DNA of 33,761 nucleotides from a candidate division WOR-3 bacterium (GCA_965648905.1 CBFGIT010000028.1:1-33761); one strand, 5' to 3'. Counted from the first letter of the stretch, positions 1 to 9,608 are shown. The notes: generated by a model not told the origin, from the letters alone. Numbers and translations are program-made.

Positions 1-152
1 CACGCGTTCACTCGGTGCTATTCTCTTCACGGCGTAAGTATCCTTTCTGCCGGCCACTGCCGGCGGTTAACGGACATTGACCATGGAGCTTACGCCCTCT
101 TTCTTTCCAGTCAAAACCACCCGCGAACTTACAGGAAGTATAGGACATCACC
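1..152 (-). mobile_element. Left end of a probable IS256-family element, truncated by the window edge (terminal repeat 129-152; transposase start GTG at 30)
   Basis: Minus strand begins GGTGATGTCCTATACTTCCTGTAA, which resembles IS256-type ends as I recall them. An internal promoter TTGACT-16-TAAGCT lies at 114-87. An AAAGGA RBS-like run precedes the ORF MKRIAPSERV..., which runs off the edge. Only 10 codons are visible. Confidence 0.5.
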
Positions 153-337
153 GCGCCCGGCGGACCGGGGCTCCTGGTTCCGCTCCGGGCAGAAAACCGG
201 TAGCAGAAGAGCAGACGCAGAGGACGGGCAAGCAGGCAAGTCAAAGCGCAGACATCAAAATGCAGACCGGCAGACTGGACCGGGTGCCGGCAACGGATTG
301 TGGCGCAGCCACGAGGTGCAGCGGACCAGAAGCAGGG

Positions 338-973
338 TCAGCGCCAGCGTGCGAGTGCCGTTCGCAGGCCAAGCTGCACAAAGTACGCGCCGGCAATCAC
401 CGCAGCAACGCGGGCCGCGAACCGGACCGAGGAGAAACGGCTGGCCAGACTCGTAAACAGCAGCGGCAGGAAATACACGCTCGTCGCCATGAAGAAGACC
501 AGGAAGAACAGCGCACCTCTCAGTCCCCCGCCTGTGTCCAGGACCGCAGTGAGTGCCAAGAGAAACGGCGGGCACAGGTTGACGCCGGCCAGGAATCCAA
601 GCACAGCGAGATACCAGCCTGAACTGGCGCGCGGCAGGACCAGCCGGCACAGTCCGAACTGCGGGAATGACTGCACCAGCCCAAAGACGATGGCAAGCAT
701 GCCAAGCAGGCAGTAGACCACAGCCAGGAACAGAGCCCGGTTCGGCAGGACCTGACTCAGCCGAGCACCAAGCGCACCGAACACAATCCCGAACACCAAA
801 TAGGCTGCCAGTCGGCCGGCCAAGAACAGCCCGATGCGCGAGGCCGAACGCGTGATTCCAGCCTTCTCATCTGCGAGCAGGAGCGGCCCGACCAGCGGCA
901 GGCAGAACCCGATGCAGAACACACCGGCCGAAAGTCCGAGCAGAAAAGCCTTAAGGACGAGACCGGGTATCAT
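338..973 (-). CDS. Sulfite exporter TauE/SafE / DsbD_2-type multi-pass membrane protein
   Basis: About 6 hydrophobic helices; motifs GLSAGVFCIGFCLPLVGP, GRLAAY and GFLAGVNLCPP. Confidence 0.75.
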   Translation of the reverse strand: MIPGLVLKAFLLGLSAGVFCIGFCLPLVGPLLLADEKAGITRSASRIGLFLAGRLAAYLVFGIVFGALGARLSQVLPNRALFLAVVYCLLGMLAIVFGLVQSFPQFGLCRLVLPRASSGWYLAVLGFLAGVNLCPPFLLALTAVLDTGGGLRGALFFLVFFMATSVYFLPLLFTSLASRFSSVRFAARVAAVIAGAYFVQLGLRTALARWR

Positions 974-1451
974 TGCCGAACGCCTGCCTGAATCGCCTCT
1001 TTGCCTCGTCGGTCATCTGCTCAGGCCGCCACTCGACGCTCGCGTCAAGTCTTACCTCGATGCGCCTGATTCCCGGCACGGTCTTCAGCTCCTCAACCGC
1101 CTGCCGCGCCAGCAGAGGCCCGAACGGGCACTCGGGTGTCGTCAGTATCATGACAACCCGGGTGTCGCCCACAGTGTCAACTGCCAGACTCTCAACCAGA
1201 CCGAGTTCGACAATGGTCAAGTCCAGCTCCGGGTCGATGACCCGTGCCAGTGCTGATAGGAGCGCTGCAGAATCAGGCGCAGCGACTCCGGGCCGGGCCA
1301 GCATTGAGTCGGTAAACGTAGTGAGTTGTTGCAGGGTCAGCACCGGACGCTGACGCCGAAGCAGCGCAGGCAGGCTCATAACCAGCAGCCCAAGTGCCGC
1401 CAGTACCACAGCAGCGATAACGCGCGCCGCAATCCGAGAACCTATGCTCAT
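951..1451 (-). CDS. DUF59/SufT-like metal-sulfur cluster assembly factor with N-terminal membrane anchor
   Basis: VIDPELDLTIVELGLV and LTTPECPF motifs; hydrophobic N-terminus; TGATG overlap with the rimO stop. Confidence 0.85.
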   Translation of the reverse strand: MSIGSRIAARVIAAVVLAALGLLVMSLPALLRRQRPVLTLQQLTTFTDSMLARPGVAAPDSAALLSALARVIDPELDLTIVELGLVESLAVDTVGDTRVVMILTTPECPFGPLLARQAVEELKTVPGIRRIEVRLDASVEWRPEQMTDEAKRRFRQAFGNDTRSRP

Positions 1452-2758
1452 CAGGACACCCGGCCAACAACCTGACCGCGCAGGTCGTGGGTACTCGAAC
1501 TGGTCACCAGTGCCCGCACCAGCTCACCGGGCCCGGTGTCGGCATCTCTGAGCCGAAAGACCCCGTCGACTTCTGGCGCGTCCCACTCGGTCCGACCGAT
1601 GCCCGGCTGGTCTACGAGCACGTCCAGTTTGCGGCCGACCAGTTGCTTCAAGTTGCCGCGCGAGACCCGGGCCTGGACGTGCATCAACCGCCGCAGCCGC
1701 GACCGCTGAACCCGCACCGGCACGCGCGGCCTGAGCCGGTATGCCGGCGTGCCCGGCTCGGCCGAGTAGGTGTAGGCCGACAGCCGGTCAAACCGCACCT
1801 GCTCGATGAACTGGAGCAGTTCTCTGAACCGGCCTGGCGTTTCGCCCGGAAAACCGACCATCATGGTCGTCCGGATGTGCAGGTCAGGTATTGCCCGCAG
1901 GTGCTGAATCAGCAGTTCAATGTCGGCCCGGGAACCGGGCCGGTTCATCCGGCGCAGCACCGGGTCCGAGATGTGCTGGATGGGCAGGTCCAGGTAGCGG
2001 CATAGCTTCGGGTTAGCCTGGAACTGGTCAAGGACGTCCTCGGTCAGATGCGCCGGATGGGCATACATGAGACGAAGCCACAAGACACCATCGATCCGGC
2101 TCAGCCGGTCGAGCAGTCGGCCAAGACCCGGCCGCCGGTAGATGTCGGCACCGTACCGGGTCGTGTCCTGAGCAACCAGCACCAGCTCCTTTGCGCCCTG
2201 GTCTATCAGCCTGCGTGCCTCCTCAAGGATATCGGCCATGGGACGGGAGCGAAAGCCGCCCCGGATTCCGGGAATCGCGCAGTAGCTGCAACGGTTGTCA
2301 CACCCGTCTGCGATTCTGAGATAGACGTAGTGTCTCGGGGTGGAGACAAGACGCACTGCCGTTTCGGTCTTTCTCGACGCTCGACGATCGAGGCCGGACA
2401 CAAGCTGCGGGATACGCGGCATGTCAGCGATGCCTGCCAGGAGACTAATCTCCGGGAACTCCTGTTCGAGTTCGTCTCGGTAACGCTCGACCAGACACCC
2501 GGCCACGACTACCTTCAGGCCCGGCTTCCGGCGTTTGCACTTGAGCACTCTCTTGATGGTGGCTTCGCACTCACGCCGGGCCGATTGCAGGAACCCGCAC
2601 GTCGTAATCACGACCAGGTCCGCAACCGACAACTCCGAGACGACCTCGTACCCAGCCCGAACCAGACTGCCGAGCACGAACTCGGTATCGACCTGATTCT
2701 TGGGACAGCCGTGGAATACAACGCAGGCCGAACCGGGCCGGCCCGGGACGCTAGTCAC
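1451..2758 (-). CDS. rimO: Ribosomal protein S12 methylthiotransferase RimO (start GTG 2758 or TTG 2779)
   Basis: GCPKNQVD, TCGF and AGCL (UPF0004 domain); radical SAM motif IADGCDNRCSYCAIP; C-terminal GRTEWDAPEVDG TRAM signature. Confidence 0.92.
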   Translation of the reverse strand: MTSVPGRPGSACVVFHGCPKNQVDTEFVLGSLVRAGYEVVSELSVADLVVITTCGFLQSARRECEATIKRVLKCKRRKPGLKVVVAGCLVERYRDELEQEFPEISLLAGIADMPRIPQLVSGLDRRASRKTETAVRLVSTPRHYVYLRIADGCDNRCSYCAIPGIRGGFRSRPMADILEEARRLIDQGAKELVLVAQDTTRYGADIYRRPGLGRLLDRLSRIDGVLWLRLMYAHPAHLTEDVLDQFQANPKLCRYLDLPIQHISDPVLRRMNRPGSRADIELLIQHLRAIPDLHIRTTMMVGFPGETPGRFRELLQFIEQVRFDRLSAYTYSAEPGTPAYRLRPRVPVRVQRSRLRRLMHVQARVSRGNLKQLVGRKLDVLVDQPGIGRTEWDAPEVDGVFRLRDADTGPGELVRALVTSSSTHDLRGQVVGRVS

Positions 2759-3161
2759 CGCGGACGACCTGGGCCTCAACCTTCATCATCTTGGCCCGGG
2801 CATCGGCCAGCACTGCTCCCTGTTCGTCAACCAGTCGGCTCTCTGCCAGGAGCAGCCTGCCCCGCTCCTCGACCACCCGGCCGAACCCGCGCAGCCTCTG
2901 CCCGGTCGAGACCGGACGCCGGAACCGCACCGAAAGCTCAGCCGTGACCGCGTTGCTGCCCGCCTCAGTACAGGCCCAGGCCGCCAGTTCATCGAGCATC
3001 GTGGCAATGATGCCGCCGTGAACCACGCCTTTCCAGCCGCAGAACTTGTCAGGTACAACGTAGTCCAGCTCAACGCCACCGTCGATTCGGCGGATGTCGA
3101 GCCCGAGCCCGTCCGGGTTGGCCCGGCCGCAGGCAAAGCAGATTCCTGAGTCTTTGAGCAA
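2751..3161 (-). CDS. PaaI-family hotdog-fold thioesterase
   Basis: CFACGRANPDGL, GVVHGGIIATMLDE and TAELSVRFRRPV. Confidence 0.88.
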   Translation of the reverse strand: MLKDSGICFACGRANPDGLGLDIRRIDGGVELDYVVPDKFCGWKGVVHGGIIATMLDELAAWACTEAGSNAVTAELSVRFRRPVSTGQRLRGFGRVVEERGRLLLAESRLVDEQGAVLADARAKMMKVEAQVVRGD

Positions 3162-3170
3162 GGAGCTGAA

Positions 3171-3776
3171 CTACTCCTCGACCTTGACGCCCTTTGGTGG
3201 CGCGAAGGTGAACGTACTGGCCGCGAGTTTCGGGTTCCAGCGCTGGTTGCGCAGACGGAACGAGTACTTGCTGCCCCAGGCGTCGGCGAACGTGAACCCT
3301 TTGATCCGGGTTGCGCTCGAGTCAAGCTGCAGTCTCAGGTCACCGAGCGCACTCAGGTCGCTGTCCATGACTACCTCAACCTCGTACTCGCCGAACGAAT
3401 CGCGCCGCACCACGCCGGTCGCAGTCGAGTCAAGGACCGGGCCGAGAAAGGCGAGCATCGGGGCGAAACCGCCGCCTGGCTGCCGCACCGCCCGTTTCTC
3501 TTCCGGCAGGTAGAACCACAGATTCGCGCTGTCCGACACGATAACCTGTCGCTGGGGCTCGGTCACTTCCAGCCGATATCGACTCGGCACTCTGATGCTG
3601 AACCGGCCCTCAAAACTCCGGCACGTGCCCTCGACCTCGGAGCAGATACTCTCTTCGAACTCGCCGGTCAACGTCCGCAGAGAAAGGTACCGCTTCCTGA
3701 GCCGCAACCACAACGAATCGCTTGCTGCCGACGCCAGGCAGATGATGGCGACAGTCATGACAATCACGCTTCGCAT
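3171..3776 (-). CDS. lolA: Outer-membrane lipoprotein carrier protein LolA
   Basis: Signal peptide; YRLEVTEPQRQVIVSDSANLWFYLPE; C-terminal FTFAPPKGVKV. Confidence 0.85.
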   Translation of the reverse strand: MRSVIVMTVAIICLASAASDSLWLRLRKRYLSLRTLTGEFEESICSEVEGTCRSFEGRFSIRVPSRYRLEVTEPQRQVIVSDSANLWFYLPEEKRAVRQPGGGFAPMLAFLGPVLDSTATGVVRRDSFGEYEVEVVMDSDLSALGDLRLQLDSSATRIKGFTFADAWGSKYSFRLRNQRWNPKLAASTFTFAPPKGVKVEE

Positions 3777-3781
3777 GAACT

Positions 3782-3809
3782 AATCTATTCTGACAAGAAC
3801 AGAAGTCAA
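3782..3809 (-). promoter_or_regulatory. sigma70-type promoter for the lolA operon (probably leaderless)
   Basis: TTGACT-16 bp-TAGATT, 5 nt before the ATG; no SD. Confidence 0.6.
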
Positions 3810-3841
3810 ACGGTTGCGGAAAGCCGGCGCGCCGGTTCCGA

Positions 3842-3869
3842 TTGACTTTGTCGTCGCGCGGGCTACCAT
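3842..3869 (+). promoter_or_regulatory. sigma70-type promoter for the TPR gene
   Basis: TTGACT-16 bp-TACCAT; overlaps the ORF-track start, so the true start is probably downstream. Confidence 0.55.
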
Positions 3870-3961
3870 TCTCGGTTGACGGCCACGGCCGACCGCGGCT
3901 CGGGTGGCTGTCGGCACAGAAGAACAGACTCGACTTGCGTACTCCGACCAGCCCGGTGCGA

Positions 3962-5632
3962 ATGGGCCTGGCGGTTCGCCAGGTTGATGCCGACTTGGCC
4001 CGGGTACGAGATAACCTTCCCCGTTTCCTGCCTGCCACCCATGCTGCGGTACTTGCCGGCTGGACCTGTGACTTGAAAACGGTCAACGGCGTCACCTGCC
4101 GATTCACGCCCGATGAGTTCTTTGCCCTGCCGCCGCTGCTCAGGGCCCTCGAAATCACGCGCTGTCATGCCGAAGCCCTGCTCGCCCTTGCCCGGGCCGG
4201 CGTCCATCCCCTCCCTGAACTTGAGAAAGACGAACAGACCCGGCGTGCGCTCGGGATTCTGCCGACCGACGAAGGAAGCCGTTTCCTCGAAATCGCCTCC
4301 TGCCCGGAGTTCCGACCCCATTACCTGACCAGCGCCCCTGACCGGTTCGTTGCTGGCATGCTCGAACTGCAGCAGCACGTCGGTCTGGCAACCACGCTCG
4401 GCTACGGCTTCCTGCTCATGGCCGGGGTCCGTTCCAGCGAAGACCTGTACAAGTACGGCACCCGGCTCGAAACCATCTTCGAGTCGGTTACCGCGGCCCC
4501 TGTGGTTCAGACCGAACTTGACCAGCTCGGCGACGATGGCATCGAAGGCCTCTCGTCAACCGCACGCACCCGTCTGCTCCGCGCGGCCCACGGGCAGCTC
4601 TGGGCTCAGAATCCGGTCCGGCCCGGCCGCCCTTTCCTGCTCACCCAGGTGATTGACGGCTATCTGAACGCACGCAAAGGGGGTGTCGGCGATGACCTGG
4701 GTCTTGCCGTGCTTGATGCAATCGTTGCGGCCAAGCTCCTGTTCCCGGTCGAGTTCCTCAGCCGGTCCGGCCGGGTCTATCTGGCGGTGACGGTCTCACC
4801 CCGGGTTCACGAATACTGGGACCCGCTGCGCGAGCAGGGCGAGGTTCAGCACAGTCACATGATTCGCCTCGGTTTCATCGATATCTTTGTCCAGGGCTAC
4901 CTGCGGATGGCGCACGGCTACGCCAATGCCGGCTCATGGGCCCACGGCATCCGCACCGCCCAATGGGTCCTGGGTATGAAACCAGAGTGCGCGGTCGCCT
5001 ATCAGGTCCTTGGTCAATGCTACCTGGGCCAGCAGGAACCAAGGCGGGCAGTTGAGATGTGCGACGCGGCGCTCGAGATTGACTTAAGACTCGCCGATGC
5101 CTACCTTGTGCGCGGCAATGCCCACAGCGCCCTCTCGGCCTGGCCCGCGGCAATCAAGGACTACCGGCTCGCCATCCGCCATCGCATCGGCTTTGCCGAG
5201 GCATACAACAACCTCGGTCTTGCTCTGCAGCGCAACCACGAGACCGAGCGGGCAATCGGCGCGTACCGAGAAGCAGCCCGAATTCGGCCCGACTATGCCG
5301 AGGCCTTGTACAATCTCGGCAACCTGTTCCTCGAACGCGCCCAGCAGTCGGGCTCGGCCGAAGACCTGACCCAGGCAATTGAAGCCTACAAAGAAGCGGT
5401 CCAGCAGGCCCCGGGCTTTGCCGCGGCGTTCTACAACCTCGGTCAGGCATACTATACCGGCAAGGACCTGCCCGCCGCACTGACTGCGTACCAGTCTGCG
5501 GTCAAGGCCAACCCCAAGCACGCCGGTGCCTGGCACAACCTCGGTATCGTCTATCGAGACATGGGCCAGCAGCAGCTCGCGGTCGAGGCAATCGAGAAGG
5601 CGGTTCAGCTCAACCCGATGCTGCTGCGCTGA
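3962..5632 (+). CDS. TPR protein with a SirB1/transglutaminase-like core region (start uncertain, 3956 or 3962)
   Basis: Multiple TPRs (AEAYNNLG, AEALYNLG, AAFYNLG, AGAWHNLG); FLLTQVID...GDDLGLAVL...AAKL resembles Transglut_core2. Confidence 0.8.
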   Translation: MGLAVRQVDADLARVRDNLPRFLPATHAAVLAGWTCDLKTVNGVTCRFTPDEFFALPPLLRALEITRCHAEALLALARAGVHPLPELEKDEQTRRALGILPTDEGSRFLEIASCPEFRPHYLTSAPDRFVAGMLELQQHVGLATTLGYGFLLMAGVRSSEDLYKYGTRLETIFESVTAAPVVQTELDQLGDDGIEGLSSTARTRLLRAAHGQLWAQNPVRPGRPFLLTQVIDGYLNARKGGVGDDLGLAVLDAIVAAKLLFPVEFLSRSGRVYLAVTVSPRVHEYWDPLREQGEVQHSHMIRLGFIDIFVQGYLRMAHGYANAGSWAHGIRTAQWVLGMKPECAVAYQVLGQCYLGQQEPRRAVEMCDAALEIDLRLADAYLVRGNAHSALSAWPAAIKDYRLAIRHRIGFAEAYNNLGLALQRNHETERAIGAYREAARIRPDYAEALYNLGNLFLERAQQSGSAEDLTQAIEAYKEAVQQAPGFAAAFYNLGQAYYTGKDLPAALTAYQSAVKANPKHAGAWHNLGIVYRDMGQQQLAVEAIEKAVQLNPMLLR

Positions 5633-5660
5633 CCGACCGGTTGGTCGGTTCGGCCGGTGC

Positions 5661-5688
5661 TTGACCGATTCGGGTTTTTGGCTATCCT
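5661..5688 (+). promoter_or_regulatory. sigma70-type promoter for the etf-hdr operon
   Basis: TTGACC-16 bp-TATCCT, downstream of a GACCGACC/GGTCGGTT hairpin at the TPR stop. Confidence 0.55.
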
Positions 5689-5780
5689 GTCCCTCCCTTC
5701 TTCATGCCAGAACCAGACGCACCCAATCAAGCGGCGGCCGGACCGGGTGCGATTCCTTTTGTCCAACTGAGGAGGTCTGA

Positions 5781-6539
5781 GTGGAGATCGCTGTCTGTCT
5801 GAAGCGCGTGCCGGATACGGCCGAGGCCGAGGTCAAGGTTGACCCGACCGGCAGAGACATCGTCAAAGACAAGCTGGCTTTCACTATCAACGAAACCGAC
5901 AACTATGCCCTTGAAGAGGCGCTGCTGGCCAGGGAAAAGCACAGCGCCAACGTAACCCTGGTTTCGGTCGGGCCCAAGGCCAGCGAGGAAGTGCTGCGCA
6001 TGGGCATGGCCAAAGGCGCAGGCGCAGCAGTGCGTATTGATGACACCGGCCTGGGTGACGCCGAACCGCTCACTCTGGCCGGGGTGTTGGCTGAGTGGTT
6101 CAAGGGAAAGAACTTTGACCTGATTCTGACCGGCGCGATTGCAACCGACGCGGGCAACTCCTCGGTCGGGCCGGCGCTGGCCGAACTTCTGGGCCTGCCC
6201 CATGCTGCCTACGTCACCAAACTCGACATCCAGGCCGACAAGCTGGTGGTGAAACGCGAGCTTGAAGGCGGGCTTCTTGAGGTCAAGGAACTGAGCCGAC
6301 CCGCGGTAGTGACGATTCAGACCGGCGGCAACAGCCCGCGCTATGCGTCAATCATGGGCATCAAGCGGGCCGGAGCCAAACCGATTGAGCAGTCCGGTGC
6401 AGCCGCGGCTGCGGCCCGAACCAGCCTCATCAGGGTCTATGTGCCTCAGTTGACCGGCGCAGCGCAGATGCTGGAAGGCACGACCGACGAGAAGACGCTC
6501 AAACTGGCCCAGCTCCTCAAAGAGAAAGGAGCGTTCTGA
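5781..6539 (+). CDS. etfB: Electron transfer flavoprotein beta subunit
   Basis: IAVCLKRVPDT, INETDNYALEEAL, VKRELEGG and PRYASIMGI; AGGAGG RBS. Confidence 0.93.
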   Translation: MEIAVCLKRVPDTAEAEVKVDPTGRDIVKDKLAFTINETDNYALEEALLAREKHSANVTLVSVGPKASEEVLRMGMAKGAGAAVRIDDTGLGDAEPLTLAGVLAEWFKGKNFDLILTGAIATDAGNSSVGPALAELLGLPHAAYVTKLDIQADKLVVKRELEGGLLEVKELSRPAVVTIQTGGNSPRYASIMGIKRAGAKPIEQSGAAAAAARTSLIRVYVPQLTGAAQMLEGTTDEKTLKLAQLLKEKGAF

Positions 6540-6631
6540 TGTCGGCCGAAGTCAGATATCAGAAGGCAGAATGCAGAGTCCAGAGCTTCAGGGCGGACAG
6601 CAGACCGCGGGTGGCCGGAGGTGCGCGGTGA
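6539..6631 (+). CDS. Putative 30-aa bridging mini-ORF (MSAEVRYQKAECRVQSFRADSRPRVAGGAR)
   Basis: Starts at a TGATG overlap with etfB and ends at a GTGA overlap with etfA; own AGGAG RBS. Confidence 0.45.
   Translation: MSAEVRYQKAECRVQSFRADSRPRVAGGAR
6550..6584 (+). repeat. Five tandem degenerate heptamers NNNCAGA
   Basis: AGTCAGA TATCAGA AGGCAGA ATGCAGA GTCCAGA. Confidence 0.8.
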
Positions 6632-7587
6632 GCGGCGTCATGGTGTTGGCCGAGCACCGGCAGGGAGCGCTGCGCGACGTAACCCTGGAGATGCTGACCG
6701 CGGCCCGCGCGCTGAACCAGCCGGTCGAGGCCGTGCTCCTGGGAGATCGCGTTGACCCGATGGTGGACCAGCTCAAGACTCAGGCAGACCGGATTATCTA
6801 CGCATCAGGCCCAGCATTCAAGGAGTTCAACTACGAGCCGTACCAGCAGGCACTGGTCAAACTCGTGACCGAACGCAAACCGGACGTTCTGCTCGTGGCC
6901 CATTCGGCGTTCGGCACTGACCTTGGCCCGAGTCTGGCCGTAGCGCTGGGCGCTCCGCTCGTATCGGACGCAACCGCACTAGCACGGACCGACAACGGCC
7001 TTGTGGTCAGTCGGGGCATGTATTCGGGCAAGCTGGTAGCCGACTGGCTGATACCGTCCACCCCGGCTGTCGTCATGGTGCGCCAGTCGAACTTCAAGCC
7101 TGAGCCGGCCGGAAAGACAGCCGAGGTGATAAGGTGGGAACCGGGCGACATCACTGCCGGCGCGAAGACGAAGTTCATCACCCTCGAAGAAGTGCCGACC
7201 ACGGGCATCGACATCACCAAGGCCTCAATCATCATCGGCGTGGGCCGGGGTATCAAAGAGGACAAGAACCTGCCCTTGGTCAAGGAGCTGGCCCAAGACT
7301 TGGGCGCGGTGCTCGCTGCCTCGCGGCCGGTGGTTGATGCCGGCTGGCTGCCCAAAGAGGTCCAGGTCGGGTCTTCAGGCAAGACCGTGAAACCAAAGCT
7401 CTACATTGCTCTGGGTATCTCTGGTGCGTTCCAGCACGTTGCTGGGATGAAAGGCGCAGAGACGATTATCGCCGTAAACAAAGACCCGAAAGCGCCCATT
7501 TTCGCCGTGGCGCACTATGGCATCGTTGACGACCTCTTGAAGGTCGTGCCGGCACTGCGCCAGAAAGTAAAGGAGATGAAGTCGTGA
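6628..7587 (+). CDS. etfA: Electron transfer flavoprotein alpha subunit
   Basis: GVGRG, AASRPVVDAGW, QVGSSGKTVKPKLYIALGISGAFQH and IAVNKDPKAPIF; GGAGG RBS before GTG 6628. Confidence 0.93.
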   Translation: MSGVMVLAEHRQGALRDVTLEMLTAARALNQPVEAVLLGDRVDPMVDQLKTQADRIIYASGPAFKEFNYEPYQQALVKLVTERKPDVLLVAHSAFGTDLGPSLAVALGAPLVSDATALARTDNGLVVSRGMYSGKLVADWLIPSTPAVVMVRQSNFKPEPAGKTAEVIRWEPGDITAGAKTKFITLEEVPTTGIDITKASIIIGVGRGIKEDKNLPLVKELAQDLGAVLAASRPVVDAGWLPKEVQVGSSGKTVKPKLYIALGISGAFQHVAGMKGAETIIAVNKDPKAPIFAVAHYGIVDDLLKVVPALRQKVKEMKS

Positions 7588-9608
7588 CCAAGACCCGGGC
7601 TCCCAAAATCGGCGTCTATGTCTGCCACTGCGGCCTGAACATCGCCCAGACCGTAGACGTGAAGGCAGTGGCCGAGTACGCCGCCACCCTGCCCGATGTC
7701 GCGGTCAGCCGGGACTATGTGTACATGTGCTCAGACCCGGGCCAGGACCTGATCAAGAAGGACGTTAAGGAACTGGGCCTGACGCGTGTAGTCGTGGCCG
7801 CCTGCTCCCCGCGGATGCACGAACCGACCTTCCGCGGTGCGGTCTTTGGCGTGGGCATGAACCCGTATCTGTTCGACATGTGCAACATTCGCGAGCAGTG
7901 CTCATGGGTACACCCGGACAAGGCCGAAGGCACAGAGAAAGCCAAAGACCTGGTTCGCAGTGCTGTGGCCCGGGCCGCCCTGCTCGAAGCGCTGGAGGAG
8001 CGATACGCCGACGTAACCAAGACGGTCATGGTTGTGGGCGGCGGCATTGCCGGGATTCAGGCCGCGCTCGACATCGCTGAGGCCGGACATAAGGTCGTGC
8101 TGGTCGAGAAAGAACCGTCAATTGGCGGCCACATGGCCCAACTCGACAAGACCTTCCCGACCCTTGATTGCTCAGCCTGCATCCTTACCCCGAAAATGGT
8201 CGAGGCAGCGCGCCATCCCAATATCGAGCTCATGACCCTGGCCACGGTCAAGAAGGTCGCGGGCTTTGTCGGCAACTTCAAGGTCACGGTGCACCAGGAG
8301 CCGCGCTTTGTCGACCTTTCCCAGTGCACCGCGTGCGGCGACTGTGCCAAGGTCTGTCCCCAAAGGTTCCCGGACGAGTTCAACATCGGACTCTCGACCC
8401 GGACTGCCATTTACCAGTCGTTCGCCCAGGCCGTGCCCGCGGCGTTCTGCCGCAACGAGAAGCAATGCCTTGGCACTCTGCCCCTGGCGTGCGGCAAGTG
8501 CATCCAGGCCTGCGAAAAGAGGTGCATCAACTTCGACCAGCAGCCCGTGGACCGGGAACTGGACATCGGCGCGATTGTGCTCACCACCGGCATGGACGTG
8601 TTCGATGCCACGACTCTGCCCGAGTTCGGCTACGGTAAGTACCCGGATGTGCTCACTTCCCTTGAGTTTGAGCGGCTGTCGTCCGCAGGCGGGCCAACCG
8701 GCGGCCGGATAGTCAAGATGAGCGACGGCGAGCCGCCCAAGGATGTGGTCTTCATCCACTGCGTCGGCTCACGCGACAAAGCCGCGGGCAACGAGTACTG
8801 CTCGCGCGTCTGCTGCATGTTCATCATCAAACAGGCTCACCTCCTGAAGGACAAGAACCCGGACTGCAAGGTGACCAGTTACTACATGGACATCCGCGCC
8901 TATGGCAAGGGATTCGAGGAGTTCTATGACCGGGTGCGTGAAGAAGGAGTCATGTTCAAGCGAGGCAAGCCGTCCGAGATATTCAGGCGCAAGGGCAGAC
9001 TGGTGGTGAGGGTGGACGATACCCTGCTGGGCAAGGTCGTTGAACACGAGACCGACATGGTCGTGCTCGGCGTGGGCCTTGTGCCGAGCGAAGGACACAA
9101 GGAACTGGCCCAGACCCTCAAGCTCTCCTTGTCCAGCGACCGGTTTTTCCTCGAAGCCCACCCCAAGCTCAGGCCGGTCGACACCAATATCGAAGGCGTC
9201 TATCTTGCCGGCTGCTGCCAGGGACCGAAAGACATTCCCGACACCGTGGCCCAGGCCAAAGGTGCGGCCGCCTCAGCCATTGCTCTGCTCAACAAGGGCA
9301 AGGTCAAAGTCGAGCCGGTCGTGGCCGAAATAGACGAAGACGCCTGCTCGTTGTGCCACATCTGCGAGGCGCTTTGCCCGTACTCGGCCCTGGTCTACGA
9401 CGCGCAGAAAGACGTGATGACGGTCAACCAGATACTCTGCAAAGGCTGTGGGGTCTGCCCGTCAGCCTGTCCGTCCGGCGCAATCACGATGCGCCACTTC
9501 ACCTCGAAACAGATTGAGGCGCAGCTCGATGCCCTGCTCGCCGGAGCCGGGGACAAGGGGACTGCCAGAATGTCGACTGTACCCGAACATCAGAAGGCGG
9601 AGGCCTAG
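7584..9608 (+). CDS. hdrA: Heterodisulfide reductase subunit A-family FAD/Fe-S protein
   Basis: GVYVCHCG, MCS, AACSP, REQCSW, GGGIAG, KTFPTLDCSAC, CVGSRD..YCSRVCC and GCCQGPKDI; inserted and C-terminal ferredoxin CxxCxxC motifs. Confidence 0.93.
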   Translation: MTKTRAPKIGVYVCHCGLNIAQTVDVKAVAEYAATLPDVAVSRDYVYMCSDPGQDLIKKDVKELGLTRVVVAACSPRMHEPTFRGAVFGVGMNPYLFDMCNIREQCSWVHPDKAEGTEKAKDLVRSAVARAALLEALEERYADVTKTVMVVGGGIAGIQAALDIAEAGHKVVLVEKEPSIGGHMAQLDKTFPTLDCSACILTPKMVEAARHPNIELMTLATVKKVAGFVGNFKVTVHQEPRFVDLSQCTACGDCAKVCPQRFPDEFNIGLSTRTAIYQSFAQAVPAAFCRNEKQCLGTLPLACGKCIQACEKRCINFDQQPVDRELDIGAIVLTTGMDVFDATTLPEFGYGKYPDVLTSLEFERLSSAGGPTGGRIVKMSDGEPPKDVVFIHCVGSRDKAAGNEYCSRVCCMFIIKQAHLLKDKNPDCKVTSYYMDIRAYGKGFEEFYDRVREEGVMFKRGKPSEIFRRKGRLVVRVDDTLLGKVVEHETDMVVLGVGLVPSEGHKELAQTLKLSLSSDRFFLEAHPKLRPVDTNIEGVYLAGCCQGPKDIPDTVAQAKGAAASAIALLNKGKVKVEPVVAEIDEDACSLCHICEALCPYSALVYDAQKDVMTVNQILCKGCGVCPSACPSGAITMRHFTSKQIEAQLDALLAGAGDKGTARMSTVPEHQKAEA

